Shown here piece after piece: positions 16,301-26,301 of a DNA stretch of 47,780 nt. Both the position numbers and the translations under genes were made by a program. The DNA lies in the IMG/VR virus record IMGVR_UViG_3300043185_000025; one strand, given 5' to 3'. This DNA is from a virus. Position 1 is the stretch's first letter; each line of letters begins with the position of its first letter. A model generated the notes under the pieces. That model did not search any database and was not told the DNA's origin. It was given only the letters and a program-made list of their open reading frames with translations.

Positions 16301-19300
16301 TCGAACCCAAGAATATCCGCCGCCACGTCTGGATCCACGCCGCCTTCTTTTGCCATTATTCCTTTCGGCAGTCGCTTAATAAAATCCTTCCCGTTTCTGT
16401 CATGAACGGATTTAGAATCGAGTTTCATGGGTGGCATGCCATCCGGCAAGTCCGAACCGTCTGGCATCTTCCCGTTTTTAAGGATGGCCTCCGCTATGTA
16501 TCCGTGTTGTTTGTTTAATTCTTCCAACACTTCTGATTTTATTTTATCTCGCTCGTCTTTCCACCACGCTTCTTGTCCGCGGCGAATCTCGTTCATCAAT
16601 TTTTGTTGCAACCGCTCCTTGGCTTTCTTGTTAGCTTCCTCGACGATTCTCCGGTAGGCGGAAAATTCCGCGTCCGACATTCCTACGTCGGCGGGATCGG
16701 TAAACACCGGAATTATTTCATTCTCGCGGTTTGCGTTTTCGATCTCTTCCTCGGTGGCTAATAGCCTGTCCATCACGCCACGAATCTGATCGTTCATCCG
16801 AACGTCAAGTTTCACGGAACGGTACAGATAAACCAACCACGCCCGGAACTTAGCAAACACGCCACGCAGCTCCGTTGAAGGGGATTTTCCTTCCAGGAGA
16901 TAGGCTTCAAAGCCCTTGGCCCATTTCTCGTGGTGCTCTGTTTTAATTTGTTCGCGAGACTCAACCCCAAGCCATTTAAGCGCGGCATCAAAATCGTCTA
17001 TAACGCGCCGTTGATCTTGTGTTAATTTGTCTTCTTCGATGGTTTTAAGATCGCTGTACACATCGCCAAACAACTCTAAGAAGAAGTGCCCGGATTCGTG
17101 CAGGAACGTGGATAAATCTGCTTTTTGGAATAGTTCTATCGTGAACTTACGATCCTGCCCGAACCGAATAGCGCCACGCTTGATGTCCTTCTTTTTCTGG
17201 AATAGGGGTTGTCCCTGCATGACGGCATCGCTCATGGCTTGGGTGATGTCTAGGGAGTGGACACCATAGCCTTTGGCTGGCTCGTCCAATGCCCCAAGCA
17301 GTTCGCCATCTGACATATCGTCAGGAGACTTGGTGCCAGTGAACTTTGATAGCACCGTCTCCCCAACCTTCGCGCCCCACTTCTTCACATACTTGTTCAC
17401 TACCTGCGGGAGCATCTGGTCGTAGAAGGCTTTCATGCCTTCGCCGCCGACTTTGAGGTCGAGGCCGCGCAGTACCCCGGTGTCTTTGCCTGATCCGGTG
17501 ATCTTGTCGGAGACTTCTTTACCAACGAAGTCCTGTATCTCAGACGGAGCTAGGTTCTTCTCGATCTGATTTCCGGTCTTTGGGTATACGAAAATCTGGT
17601 AGCGGTCGCCTTGCTTCTGCCATGTGATGGCTTCGACTTGCTTGCTCAAATCATACCGCGCCGCCTGCTGCTCTCCAGTCGTCCACGCGATACGGTCAAA
17701 GCCGTTCTCAGAGGCATACCGGATCATCCGCTTCATGGCGAGCATGGTCCAGGCTTCGGTTTTGGTGACGAAGGGGGCGGATGGAACCTGTGACGACCTT
17801 ACAATGCCGTCATTTTTTGCCATCTCCTTCTCTAATCCCGTCAGCCATCTTGCGAAATACTCGCGTGCTCCTTTATCGCCATCCACAACGCCCTTGCCAA
17901 CAACACGCTCATGGCCAAGTTTATCTCGTGTTACCCACTGTGCATCGGTCTGAGTGACATCAAATTCTTCCGGGGAATAAACGTGAGGCTTGAAATTTTC
18001 GCCTTCCTTAAACCCTTCCTTCCTCCCCTTCTGCGCCAAGTCGCTCTGCACTTCCTCGATGAACAGGACGCGCTTGCCTTCGGCGTCGGTGCGTTCGTTG
18101 AAGCGAACGTGGGCGAGGATGTTGGGTTCGTCGAAGTGGGAGGAGCGAAAGCCTTTGTTCTGTTTCGACTTTATGTCGCGTATTGGTTTACCAAGTTCAT
18201 CTAAACGCCTAGCTTCTTCAGGAGTTGCTTTCCTAAGGATAATTTCATCGCTTCCATATTTCTGGCGTAACTCTTCCTGATATGCCCTAAATGCATTATC
18301 TGCGTCGATATATTTCTGTTTATCTGATGATGTTTCAGGCAACGTCAGCAACAACTCCCGGTAGTTCTCGCCGCCGGGGAGTTGGTAGGAGGCGAATTTT
18401 GTATTCTGAATAGTATCTAGTTTTTCTCGTATCTCATGCCATTCGGCCATCGCCTTTCCGTATGCGTCCACAGCCTTGCGGGCAGAACCCAATTTGAGGA
18501 GGTCTATTTTTCTTTCGGCGGAGGCGTCACCGGTCGCCGCTTCATAGGCCCAATGCGACAAATTCGCAGAGTCCAACTGCGATAGATTTTCGTGTACATA
18601 GTTCAAGTCAATCTCTGCTATGTCGCGACGACGTTCTGCTCTGTGCAATGCTTCCGCCAGCGCATCACGTTCTGCTTGATTATCACCAAGCGTCATCTCC
18701 TGCACCTGCACACCATTCTGCCGCACAAACTCAAGCACGGATTCCTTGGTGACTTGTCCGGTTTGCATGTCCAGCCATTCATTCAGGCCAGTGGCTTCTA
18801 TCTCGTCGGCTTTTACGCCAGCGAGTTTAGGGATGATGGCTTTCCAGTCTTTGGCTGTGGCCTTTGCTTGTTTGGCGGATTCGATGCCTTTCTCAAGGGC
18901 CGAAAACCAAATTGGTTTCTCACTCTGGAATAAGTAATCCTTCAGAGACCCTTGAAACAATTCTTTCCCTTTCTCTGGATCGGATTGCAGCATCTTCTTG
19001 ATCGCTGCGTTATCCATCTCTTTTACGTTAACCCCCAATGTTCTTAGGTGGTCGTCCAGTTGTTCAATGGCGGCACGAACGTTTAACAGGTCGGCATCCT
19101 GCTTGCCTTGGCGATATACCTTCTTCCCCATCATTTCTTTGGATATGGCTTCGAGCAGAAGATTAGGATCTCTTTCGGAAAGGTACCCATGCTCTACCGC
19201 TAATTCGGCAATATCATCCAGTGTTCGCCCTTTGTCGTTCACCAAACCGACCCTTACTTTTTGCATATCCCTGGCGGACAGCTCTCTACCCTGATCCTTT

Positions 19301-21126
19301 AATCCGCCTTGTTTAACGATAAAATCCAGCAATGACTCTCCATAAACGTCTTTGTCGGTTGGCACGTCACCGGAACGTAACCGATCCAAGAATACGTCCA
19401 GGGCGTCCGTTTTTGCGTGTTTCTCCAACACGTCTGGCAATGGGCGGACGATCCTTAAATCTCCATAACGCTGTTCCAGCAATTTCTGGGCTCGTTCTCC
19501 TCCGGCTTGACCCAACACACGGGAAACAGCAGAGTGGATGGACGCGTAAGCTTCAGCCGTGCTTCGGTCGGTACCAGTAGAAATAAGCTGACCGACAATA
19601 TCTTCACGCACGCGATCCGTTTCTGTGTCAGCATTTATTCCCGATTCTTTGACTAATTCTTTCTCTATTTCTTCGGCCTCGCGTTGGGTCAACTCGTCTG
19701 AGTTGAAGCGAATATCCGGCAGCAACGCTTTCCCATGTTCGGTCGAGGCGAGCTGGGTGGCGTACCGTGACATGGGGATAACGATATCAGTGCCAGCGGT
19801 GATGGCTTCTCGATAGGCGGTTTTCCCAATGATGGATTCGGCGATAATGGCTGGATCGGTATTAACGCTTTGCCAATAAGCCGTCCAACGCTCCACGGGG
19901 ATCATCACGGATTCAGCCGGGGTGCCTTCCACCATGCCCTCGACGTACTTGGCGAAGCTTTCTGGGTCTCGTTGGCGAAGTTTTGAGTTCGCGGCGAGGT
20001 CGTTTATTTTCTCGATAAACGTTTTATTTATTTTAGGTCTTTCCGATTCGTCTTTGGAAACGGCGAGTGCAGCGGCATTTATTCCGCCCGTCAAGACAGT
20101 TTGGGTGATGGTGGAAATTAACGTGGAATAGACCGCGCCGGGGCGTTCTGCCAAGTATTCTCCCCATGTCTTTTCGGGGTTCGCCACAGCAGTGTCGATG
20201 GCGTCCTGAACAAGCGTGGCGACTTGCTCACTGGGAATTTCTCTTGCAAGAAGCCCTGTAAGGAATTTACCTGCCCCAAGTTTCCCAAGGTTCTTAACCA
20301 GGAATCCCATCGGCAGCAATTCTGTTGCGACTTCAGTCGCTCCCTCACCGACGGAACCTAAAGCGGCTTCTCCTGGGGTCGCGCCTCTTGCCCGGTATTT
20401 CCCGTAAGCCTGTGATTGAGCTTCAAGACCCATCAGACCAAGCATGGGGACGGGGCTGCGGGTTGCGATGGACGCCGCCAAACCTGGGGCCGTGCGAGCG
20501 AAACTTACGGTTCCGCCGTAAATGGCCTCTACCGTTTCTGACTCGAATTCCGGTTTTGCCATTTCCTCGATACCGCGAGACTGAAGATACTTTCTGATCG
20601 TGTCCTGTCTGCGAACCTCGGTCTTAGCGGGGTCTTCCTGAATTCCTGGAATACCCACGTCTTGCATCTCAAGTTGCATACTCTTCTTGGTCTGCTTCGC
20701 GCCCTCACGGAAAGAAATGGCGACTCCGCTTAACCAAGAGAAAACACCTGGCGTCGGCCGATACGGTTCTTTCCACTCGCCGAATTCTCGTATACGAGCT
20801 TCCATGTCTTTGAGCGATTCGGTGTCATCGTGGGCGATCTTGGCGAACTCAACGTCTTTAAGACGTTCCGCGAGATAGGGCGAACCTTCCACCAGAAGGT
20901 CGTATTCGTTGAGTTTCTGTTTTTTGGAAACTTCGTCAAGGTTCCGTTCAACGACTTCGAGCGGAATGCCGGTCTTAGTGGAAAGCTTCCTCGCCTGGGC
21001 GACGGATTCAGGGTTCGACTGAATCGCTCGCACGGTGGACGCACGAATCCCCTGAACATCCGACTCTCGTTTTAACGAAGAATCGTATTCGTTTTCGTTT
21101 CTTAATATTTCATCGTATTCGTTCAT
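13339..21126 (-). CDS. Giant internal virion/ejection protein, polyvalent type, with a zincin HExxH motif and C-terminal TM helices
   Basis: A single 2595-aa ORF at the position of T7 gp16. HESGH is encoded at 17086..17100. Hydrophobic helices FMLLMVIPTALSTIGG and LVYSMVMYGAAMIPIV are encoded near 13620..13776. All plus-strand ORFs inside it are short shadows. Confidence 0.7.
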   Translation of the reverse strand: MNEYDEILRNENEYDSSLKRESDVQGIRASTVRAIQSNPESVAQARKLSTKTGIPLEVVERNLDEVSKKQKLNEYDLLVEGSPYLAERLKDVEFAKIAHDDTESLKDMEARIREFGEWKEPYRPTPGVFSWLSGVAISFREGAKQTKKSMQLEMQDVGIPGIQEDPAKTEVRRQDTIRKYLQSRGIEEMAKPEFESETVEAIYGGTVSFARTAPGLAASIATRSPVPMLGLMGLEAQSQAYGKYRARGATPGEAALGSVGEGATEVATELLPMGFLVKNLGKLGAGKFLTGLLAREIPSEQVATLVQDAIDTAVANPEKTWGEYLAERPGAVYSTLISTITQTVLTGGINAAALAVSKDESERPKINKTFIEKINDLAANSKLRQRDPESFAKYVEGMVEGTPAESVMIPVERWTAYWQSVNTDPAIIAESIIGKTAYREAITAGTDIVIPMSRYATQLASTEHGKALLPDIRFNSDELTQREAEEIEKELVKESGINADTETDRVREDIVGQLISTGTDRSTAEAYASIHSAVSRVLGQAGGERAQKLLEQRYGDLRIVRPLPDVLEKHAKTDALDVFLDRLRSGDVPTDKDVYGESLLDFIVKQGGLKDQGRELSARDMQKVRVGLVNDKGRTLDDIAELAVEHGYLSERDPNLLLEAISKEMMGKKVYRQGKQDADLLNVRAAIEQLDDHLRTLGVNVKEMDNAAIKKMLQSDPEKGKELFQGSLKDYLFQSEKPIWFSALEKGIESAKQAKATAKDWKAIIPKLAGVKADEIEATGLNEWLDMQTGQVTKESVLEFVRQNGVQVQEMTLGDNQAERDALAEALHRAERRRDIAEIDLNYVHENLSQLDSANLSHWAYEAATGDASAERKIDLLKLGSARKAVDAYGKAMAEWHEIREKLDTIQNTKFASYQLPGGENYRELLLTLPETSSDKQKYIDADNAFRAYQEELRQKYGSDEIILRKATPEEARRLDELGKPIRDIKSKQNKGFRSSHFDEPNILAHVRFNERTDAEGKRVLFIEEVQSDLAQKGRKEGFKEGENFKPHVYSPEEFDVTQTDAQWVTRDKLGHERVVGKGVVDGDKGAREYFARWLTGLEKEMAKNDGIVRSSQVPSAPFVTKTEAWTMLAMKRMIRYASENGFDRIAWTTGEQQAARYDLSKQVEAITWQKQGDRYQIFVYPKTGNQIEKNLAPSEIQDFVGKEVSDKITGSGKDTGVLRGLDLKVGGEGMKAFYDQMLPQVVNKYVKKWGAKVGETVLSKFTGTKSPDDMSDGELLGALDEPAKGYGVHSLDITQAMSDAVMQGQPLFQKKKDIKRGAIRFGQDRKFTIELFQKADLSTFLHESGHFFLELFGDVYSDLKTIEEDKLTQDQRRVIDDFDAALKWLGVESREQIKTEHHEKWAKGFEAYLLEGKSPSTELRGVFAKFRAWLVYLYRSVKLDVRMNDQIRGVMDRLLATEEEIENANRENEIIPVFTDPADVGMSDAEFSAYRRIVEEANKKAKERLQQKLMNEIRRGQEAWWKDERDKIKSEVLEELNKQHGYIAEAILKNGKMPDGSDLPDGMPPMKLDSKSVHDRNGKDFIKRLPKGIMAKEGGVDPDVAADILGFESGDKLLLELAGLRPKKALAEAETDKRMEERYGSMLLDGTIQAEATEAVLSDHRYKVIDAEIKALRKRVREVKPYVKAEQNKQRDERRRGLAMLTVPMASQSVVKQMADGVIAQKRIRDIRPDGYLMAIRRAAKEAVKLAGKGDYQGALMEKQRELLNLELYRSANDALDRIEKGKEYLSKFDKKSVRDKMRGEAVNQIDDLLSRFDLRRRSLKAIDAERETLEQFVKNESDRLAAVTPDLPGFIKNETYRKNYKDLSVDEMTGLVDSVKQLERLARREQEQYLAIRQMNFEQERGTVLDRIRQFHPEAFEQVNGVWVAKKQAPDRIPTISKAAETLGDKGAGEFLNSETILNLLEGGDYGDVERSLFGRMSDRSNWKATKLAEIYKKLKPLFKAYGLAERRQFARKDIGTDIGIPVTRENAVVVALLYGNKEGRERLMNYGWSAAQIKQIIALLDEKDLRLVDGIWKLFDEDLWPELKDLNERTRGKAPPKVEPISYQTKHGPARGGYFRLKYDTDLSERAHHFDESQAVQAILGGSLGMTAKTNQGTSEQRQEGVKLLPRLDLGVFSETVNETVHDLAYREAVADTMRMLNDKEVQNAIKTAAGIPAYRTLVTRVREVAAPPRNPTGFIEKTLSIARKNTIVTLLSGARTALLNITGVASVYARSFEKESPVSAALLTRELGKFFSWRMNEMYEFATSHSEYMRHRFNNYDRDLQDMARKLTVNGKILPDTYQFLWLMGMTDRAVTVPIWNASFAEGMKRYKNDPKQAVEYADHIVRQTQGSGRDVDLPKIMSGHGGYGQLKKVFTMFQSYSNAQLGQLIRAKAISAKEAKENRTMAVSKFTARFMLLMVIPTALSTIGGREDDDLDDEDWFKKLVYSMVMYGAAMIPIVRDLSAYAWSLFDKDIANYGLKISPVQSAGEGLGKGAVSLVDIVSGEGDKKDTKNLIMGISYAVGLPGKQISDTVLGAEAFLQGEAGPEAVVFGPD

Positions 21127-22763
21127 AACTTATATTTCGCTTTAAACAGTCTAACGACTTCTTCTTCCGTGACTTTGACACCCTTTCGCTTCAACGCGGA
21201 TTCAATCTTTTGCCGCTCGTCTTTCGGAATATCCGGTGAAAACCGTTTCGCGTCCTCCGTTCCGTAAATTTCATATAATCTTTTGTTAGGATCCGGTAGG
21301 TAAAATTTCCCGGACAAGACTTCCCCAGAAATAACCATGCGATCAATCAGTTCTTGACGTTCTTTGTAGTTAAGGGGTTTTCCTTTCTCTCTCTGAGCGT
21401 CGTCAATAGCAAGCGTTATCGTTCTATCAAAACGCCCTTTTTTTTCCTTGTCCCCGGATCCCCATTTCATCTGGTCGTGCATGTTTGCCAGTTGCTGCTC
21501 CAGTGTCGCCGCTTCTTTGATCTTGTCCGGATGTTGAAGGTTAATGAAGTGTTCACGATCCGCCTCGTCCAGACTCGGGAAAAATTGACGAAGGTCGGTT
21601 GACTGAAATCTCTCTGGTTCTTTCACAGCCATGATCTTGAGATCGTAATAAACATTCGGATCGGTTTTTACCCCGACTCCGGCTGCTATGTTTTGTGCCT
21701 CCCGTTCCAGTGCGATTCTTACTTTTCCGTCCATCCTGTTCAAAACTCCAATGGGAACGGTGGATAAGCTCTTTGTTTTCGCCAATATGTCCCATGCCTT
21801 GTCGGCGGCGTCCGCCTGATCGTTGGCCACGGCTTCCTTTTGCTCTCTTGCCCGAGAACGAATTTCGAGAACTGCGGCCTCCTCCTGTTTACCTTCGAAC
21901 GTAGACCTTGCTAATTTAATGGCCTCTGCTTCCGGCAGACCCTTTGACTGAACGGAATCGGCAAACCTTTGAGCGCGTCCTCGCGTACTCCCGGTTTCAA
22001 GCATTTTCTCAACGGCTATTTGATCTTCGCCACTGATTAATCCTGAGTTTTGTTCATAGAACGACATGGCCGAGAGATCGTCGTCGTTTGCCAGATGTCG
22101 CTCAATGATTCCACGGTTCACGGAAGAATAAATTTTCGCCTTGATGGATTCCTTCTCCGATTCGGTCAATCGGTTCCTATCCGCTTCGCTGGAGATCGCG
22201 GCATTGATACGCTCCAACGACAGGGCCACGCCATTGGGATCCTTGTATCGGTCTATTGCATTACGGGACTCTAGATCCAAGGTAGCCAGGTAAACGCTCT
22301 TGTGGTAAATGTCGGTTTCTCTTGAAACGTGGTTTACCAAGTCCTGTTTGAACTGAAGCCTCGCCATTTCCGCCCGTTTTAAGAACAGGTTCTTTTGACG
22401 GTCGTTTTTCAGGCTCTCATTAATTTCACTAACGCTCTGGTCAAAACGCTTTGCATAGTCATCGAACAGCGGACGAGTAACGGCTTCACTGCCGCGCTTC
22501 TTGGCGAATCCGTCATCGCCATTTGTTAAATCAAGTTTCTTTTCTATCAGCAGATTGAGTGAATCTTCCGCCCGCGCGGTATCATTACGAACCTGCGTTC
22601 GTTCTATCTGCTCCGACACTCTCTCAAGAGTTTCCCCCAGTCGTCCAAAAGAGCGTGCCTGCAAGCTTTCGGTGCCGGTGTTGGGGTTGTAGGTGACGGC
22701 GCCGGTTAACGGACGAACGGAAGGGACCGCGCCGAAATCTTGAGCGGAAGGAAGACGCGGCAT
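21123..22763 (-). CDS. Internal virion protein (gp15-position)
   Basis: 546 aa, charged and helical. ATGA-coupled to the giant gene. Sits at the T7-order position. Confidence 0.45.
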   Translation of the reverse strand: MPRLPSAQDFGAVPSVRPLTGAVTYNPNTGTESLQARSFGRLGETLERVSEQIERTQVRNDTARAEDSLNLLIEKKLDLTNGDDGFAKKRGSEAVTRPLFDDYAKRFDQSVSEINESLKNDRQKNLFLKRAEMARLQFKQDLVNHVSRETDIYHKSVYLATLDLESRNAIDRYKDPNGVALSLERINAAISSEADRNRLTESEKESIKAKIYSSVNRGIIERHLANDDDLSAMSFYEQNSGLISGEDQIAVEKMLETGSTRGRAQRFADSVQSKGLPEAEAIKLARSTFEGKQEEAAVLEIRSRAREQKEAVANDQADAADKAWDILAKTKSLSTVPIGVLNRMDGKVRIALEREAQNIAAGVGVKTDPNVYYDLKIMAVKEPERFQSTDLRQFFPSLDEADREHFINLQHPDKIKEAATLEQQLANMHDQMKWGSGDKEKKGRFDRTITLAIDDAQREKGKPLNYKERQELIDRMVISGEVLSGKFYLPDPNKRLYEIYGTEDAKRFSPDIPKDERQKIESALKRKGVKVTEEEVVRLFKAKYKL

Positions 22764-23296
22764 TAATTGATCCTCGTTCCGGAAGCCGGGGTTGGCTTTT
22801 TAAGGTTCGGATCGGTGTATCTTGAGTAAAGACTGGACGCCCCCCTAGCAGCGGATCCCCAAGCTTCCAGATCATGTGCTTTTTGTCTGTCTTTACCAGC
22901 CTGTTCTAAAAGAGCCCCTTCCGACAAGGCGTTAGACGCGCCCATCTTCAACCTCCTGGCCTGTTCCTCTCCCTGATACAGGGCCACGCCTTCACGATAG
23001 GCGCCTTCGCCGTGGATATCGGCAATGATATTGGCCACGGTTGGATCGTGAACACCGCCGCCCCCGGCAGCGGCCACGGCCACGGCTCGGGAGGCGATAA
23101 GATCGGTTCTGCGTCTTTCTTCAGCGGCATCCAGTTGTGCCGCGGAGACAACCTGACCTGCCTGTTGTTCGAGTTGAGCCGATTCAACCTTCTTCATACC
23201 CCCGGAACGCCTACCTGCGTCACGCTCTTTCCGCCCCGCCACCACGGAACTTACGCCTTGCAGCACAAACGGCAACGCCGCCATTAACATCGCCAT
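22763..23296 (-). CDS. Internal virion protein (gp14-position)
   Basis: Hydrophobic N-terminus MAMLMAALPFVLQGVSSVVAG followed by an Ala/Gly-rich region. Sits at the T7-order position. Confidence 0.4.
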   Translation of the reverse strand: MAMLMAALPFVLQGVSSVVAGRKERDAGRRSGGMKKVESAQLEQQAGQVVSAAQLDAAEERRRTDLIASRAVAVAAAGGGGVHDPTVANIIADIHGEGAYREGVALYQGEEQARRLKMGASNALSEGALLEQAGKDRQKAHDLEAWGSAARGASSLYSRYTDPNLKKPTPASGTRIN

Positions 23297-23637
23297 TGAT
23301 AAACTCCGTTGTCGTAATGAGTAAAACCGACGTGCAAAAGAAGAATATCAGCATTCTGAATGCACGGATCGGCATAGGAATAAACAGGAAATCTATAATT
23401 TTTTATCATTCTTCTGATTAACCTAATTCCTTTTACCAAGGTGCGACGATCCTTTCTTATCTCCTCGTTCAATTCGGTGAAAACAATAATCTTAGTGTCG
23501 TTCCTGTAAAATCCGGCAAGCCCGAGAACTTGGTTTCCGCGAACGGCAGCAATGCCTTGTATTGTTTTCATGGGACGGGCTCCGTAAAAGCTCTCCGCCA
23601 ATGACTGAGTTAACGGGACCAGTTTAATATCGGTCAT
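23284..23637 (-). CDS. Small protein with a GNAT-like fold, inside the virion module
   Basis: Start refined to MTDIKLV; the track N-terminal extension overlaps the tubular B gene out of frame. The central segment IQGIAAVRGNQVLGLAGFYRNDTKIIVFTEL resembles acetyltransferase cores. Confidence 0.35.
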   Translation of the reverse strand: MTDIKLVPLTQSLAESFYGARPMKTIQGIAAVRGNQVLGLAGFYRNDTKIIVFTELNEEIRKDRRTLVKGIRLIRRMIKNYRFPVYSYADPCIQNADILLLHVGFTHYDNGVYQWRC

Positions 23638-26299
23638 GGGTCTCCGTCGAAACAACGGCACAAACAACGGTGCATGGCTTTGGGGCCGTGGCCTGTAAAC
23701 AAAGGCGCGCATCCGTGTCCCAGGTACCGGGGAAAGTGATGGATTGTTCGTCGTAATTTGAGTGAATCGCTGTTGCACTCACGTCTGTCTCAGACTCCCG
23801 TCCAGGAAGATCGTCCAGATTGTCGAAGTCGGGTCCAAATTCAAGCCCGGTGGCGTGGGTATTACGAAGGATGACACCAAGCATTGGAATCCTCTTCTTT
23901 TGCAGGAGCCCGGTTCCTAAATTTGACGCATAGGCCAATTTCGTTGACTTCCATTGCGCCGTGTATGGAAGCCCGACAACCGCCGAAGTGACAGCGGAAG
24001 AAACCCCGGTTATCTGCCCACCGCTAACCGTATAAGACCCAAGCGCCGCCCCATTCCCCCATACCGTGACCGATTCGGCTTCTAGATGCCCAAGCCCCGT
24101 GATGGTCGTTGTGGAGGCTCCGCTGTACAACAAGAACGAATCGGCTTGTTTGTTAAGGGTGCTACCGACACATTCGGATTCCAATGCCCACTTTTCCAGA
24201 TAACGCTTTGTCGATGAATTAATGGTACGGGTAACCAGATAATAAACCTGATCCTCGGCCGCGCCCTCGTCGCCCGGTAGTACGGCAACATCATTTACGG
24301 TTCCGTCTGTCTCATACTTAAACCAACACAGCACGTTTTCCGTGCGTTCAAACAAGGCAATGGCAACGGTTCCATCGTCTAACACGCAATGAATGCGAGT
24401 ATCGGGTTGCCGTTGAACCGCCATGCGCTTAACGCCCGCCGAAGTAACTTCCGGGCACAATAAAGTAAGATCGGACGAACCGTATTCGGCGTCTTCCTCT
24501 ATCCCTATCTGCATTACCCGAGTTGCTCCGCGTTGAACGTAAACCCCTACTTTGTCAATCTTCATTGCTTCGACATTAGACGACCCTTGGGTGGAGGCTG
24601 GTTTAATGGCGAAACTGGTGGGGGTCAGCGGCTCATCTTGTGACGAAGACTTGCATACAAACTCGGCTCCTTGAGACCCCAGCAACAGACGTTGCAATGA
24701 CAGGACCCAGTTAATATTGTCTACCGGACCCGATCCGATACTGCGCGATATAGGCCCTGAATCACCTTCTATGTCATCGTCAAAAGATTCGTAGCTATCC
24801 GACACGGACAACCAAACCCCATCCTTGCCGGACCAACACAGGCGACCCTCCACAAGGGCGACGGACGTAGGAAATCCCCTAAAACTTGACCATTCTCCTT
24901 CGTACCAATTTTCGGTCGCACTGGTACTACCAAAATCGGTAATCACTTCGATGTTCACCACGGTAGCGCTGGTGTAACTCGTTACACGGCCAACGCCAGT
25001 AATACTTCCGGTTGTGATGGATAAAGTTGCCGACACCGTTCCGGACGTGTAACCACCGGTTTTGACACCGATACGATAAAGCACTGTCTGATTATCAAGG
25101 CCATCGCTATACGTGGTCGCCGTATTGGCGGTATATGTTGTTACGTCAATCCACGAGCTTCCGTCGTCGAAGGATCGCTGTAACGTAACCGTAGCTACCC
25201 AGGTTCCGATTAAAGAGATACTGAAACTGCGAAAAGTGCTGGTCCCGGTCACGCTGATCGTACTGGTAAAAGTATTTTGCGCGGATATGGAAGCGGTAAC
25301 CGTTTGACCGATGGAGGTCAACCGGAACAAAGCTCCATCGTGGTCGCTATTAAAAAAAGCGGCGCTGGCGGTAAGCGTGGTATTTCCACTCAGCGCCGCC
25401 GCCGTCATGGTGATGGGTCCATCGTTAATATTTCGGAAAGGACCGTCTTCCGGTTCATATACCACCACGGACCATGAATTCGTTGACCTACGCTCGATCT
25501 TATATTGTTGATAAGTATCGCAAGCAACATACAAAATATCGCCGGATTGATCGAAACGGATGTTGTCCAAATCGGCCGTTAACCACGGCGCTGTCACGGT
25601 CATGGCCCCGGAAGATTCGATGCTGCACGAATCCACCAATACTTGGCGTTTATGCCTACTTTCGAACCTAAGAAAAACGCTGGTTCCGGTCGGAGTAAAA
25701 GCCAGGGAGTGGGTGCCAGTCCCCAGCACGGTTTCGCTTATCAAATCATCCGCGCCGGAACTGGCACCACAACGAAAAGTAACGGGTCCGCGTTCGATAA
25801 CAATGTTTAATCCGTGTTCAACATTGATATCGGAAGCGGACACGGTAAGCGTTTGAGTCCGAACGGCCGCCGCCGTACCGTCCCCGGTTAGCCCCATGTA
25901 GCCGCCCGTTACCCAGGCGGAAGTGCCACCGGACTCATCTGCGTCAGTCCACCCCGTTAGGTCTGAATCAAACGTACCGTTACTAACGGCTGTCGTAACT
26001 GAATTACGAGTTACCACGGTATCGTTTACAAACACCCTAATCCTTGCGTTGGTAATCTCCACCAACGCCTTGTCGCTGGTGGAAAACACGAACTCAAGAT
26101 AATTGGCTAACGCGTCGGAGTAGGAGCTGGCGATATACTTGGTGCCGGGACGCAGCATCATGGACCCAAACACCCTTGGCATCCAATTCGTCATGGTTTC
26201 CGCCGAAAGCTGAACACGCTTAAGATCGGTACGTGCTAACGCCAGCGGTGAGATGAGCCCGCGATTGAATTGTTGTAGGGCTACATTCTCCTTTCCCAC
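23624..26299 (-). CDS. Tail tubular protein B (T7 gp12-like nozzle)
   Basis: 891 aa directly after the gp11-like gene. The N-terminus LQQFNRGLISPLALARTDLKRVQLSAETMTNWMP is as recalled for gp12-type proteins. Confidence 0.55.
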   Translation of the reverse strand: MGKENVALQQFNRGLISPLALARTDLKRVQLSAETMTNWMPRVFGSMMLRPGTKYIASSYSDALANYLEFVFSTSDKALVEITNARIRVFVNDTVVTRNSVTTAVSNGTFDSDLTGWTDADESGGTSAWVTGGYMGLTGDGTAAAVRTQTLTVSASDINVEHGLNIVIERGPVTFRCGASSGADDLISETVLGTGTHSLAFTPTGTSVFLRFESRHKRQVLVDSCSIESSGAMTVTAPWLTADLDNIRFDQSGDILYVACDTYQQYKIERRSTNSWSVVVYEPEDGPFRNINDGPITMTAAALSGNTTLTASAAFFNSDHDGALFRLTSIGQTVTASISAQNTFTSTISVTGTSTFRSFSISLIGTWVATVTLQRSFDDGSSWIDVTTYTANTATTYSDGLDNQTVLYRIGVKTGGYTSGTVSATLSITTGSITGVGRVTSYTSATVVNIEVITDFGSTSATENWYEGEWSSFRGFPTSVALVEGRLCWSGKDGVWLSVSDSYESFDDDIEGDSGPISRSIGSGPVDNINWVLSLQRLLLGSQGAEFVCKSSSQDEPLTPTSFAIKPASTQGSSNVEAMKIDKVGVYVQRGATRVMQIGIEEDAEYGSSDLTLLCPEVTSAGVKRMAVQRQPDTRIHCVLDDGTVAIALFERTENVLCWFKYETDGTVNDVAVLPGDEGAAEDQVYYLVTRTINSSTKRYLEKWALESECVGSTLNKQADSFLLYSGASTTTITGLGHLEAESVTVWGNGAALGSYTVSGGQITGVSSAVTSAVVGLPYTAQWKSTKLAYASNLGTGLLQKKRIPMLGVILRNTHATGLEFGPDFDNLDDLPGRESETDVSATAIHSNYDEQSITFPGTWDTDARLCLQATAPKPCTVVCAVVSTETHDRY

Positions 26300-26301
26300 G
26301 G

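Noticed and set aside
13897-21075. About 30 plus-strand ORFs of 60-130 aa inside the 2595-aa gene
   Set aside because: All are short, overlapping and lack an RBS, and they are rich in Ser/Arg/Leu as expected for antisense frames of a long gene. The uninterrupted 7.8-kb minus-strand frame is decisive.
23284-23778. 164-aa version of the GNAT-like ORF
   Set aside because: The N-terminal 47 residues overlap the 3' end of the tubular B gene in another frame and are Pro/Arg-rich. The start was moved to MTDIKLV.
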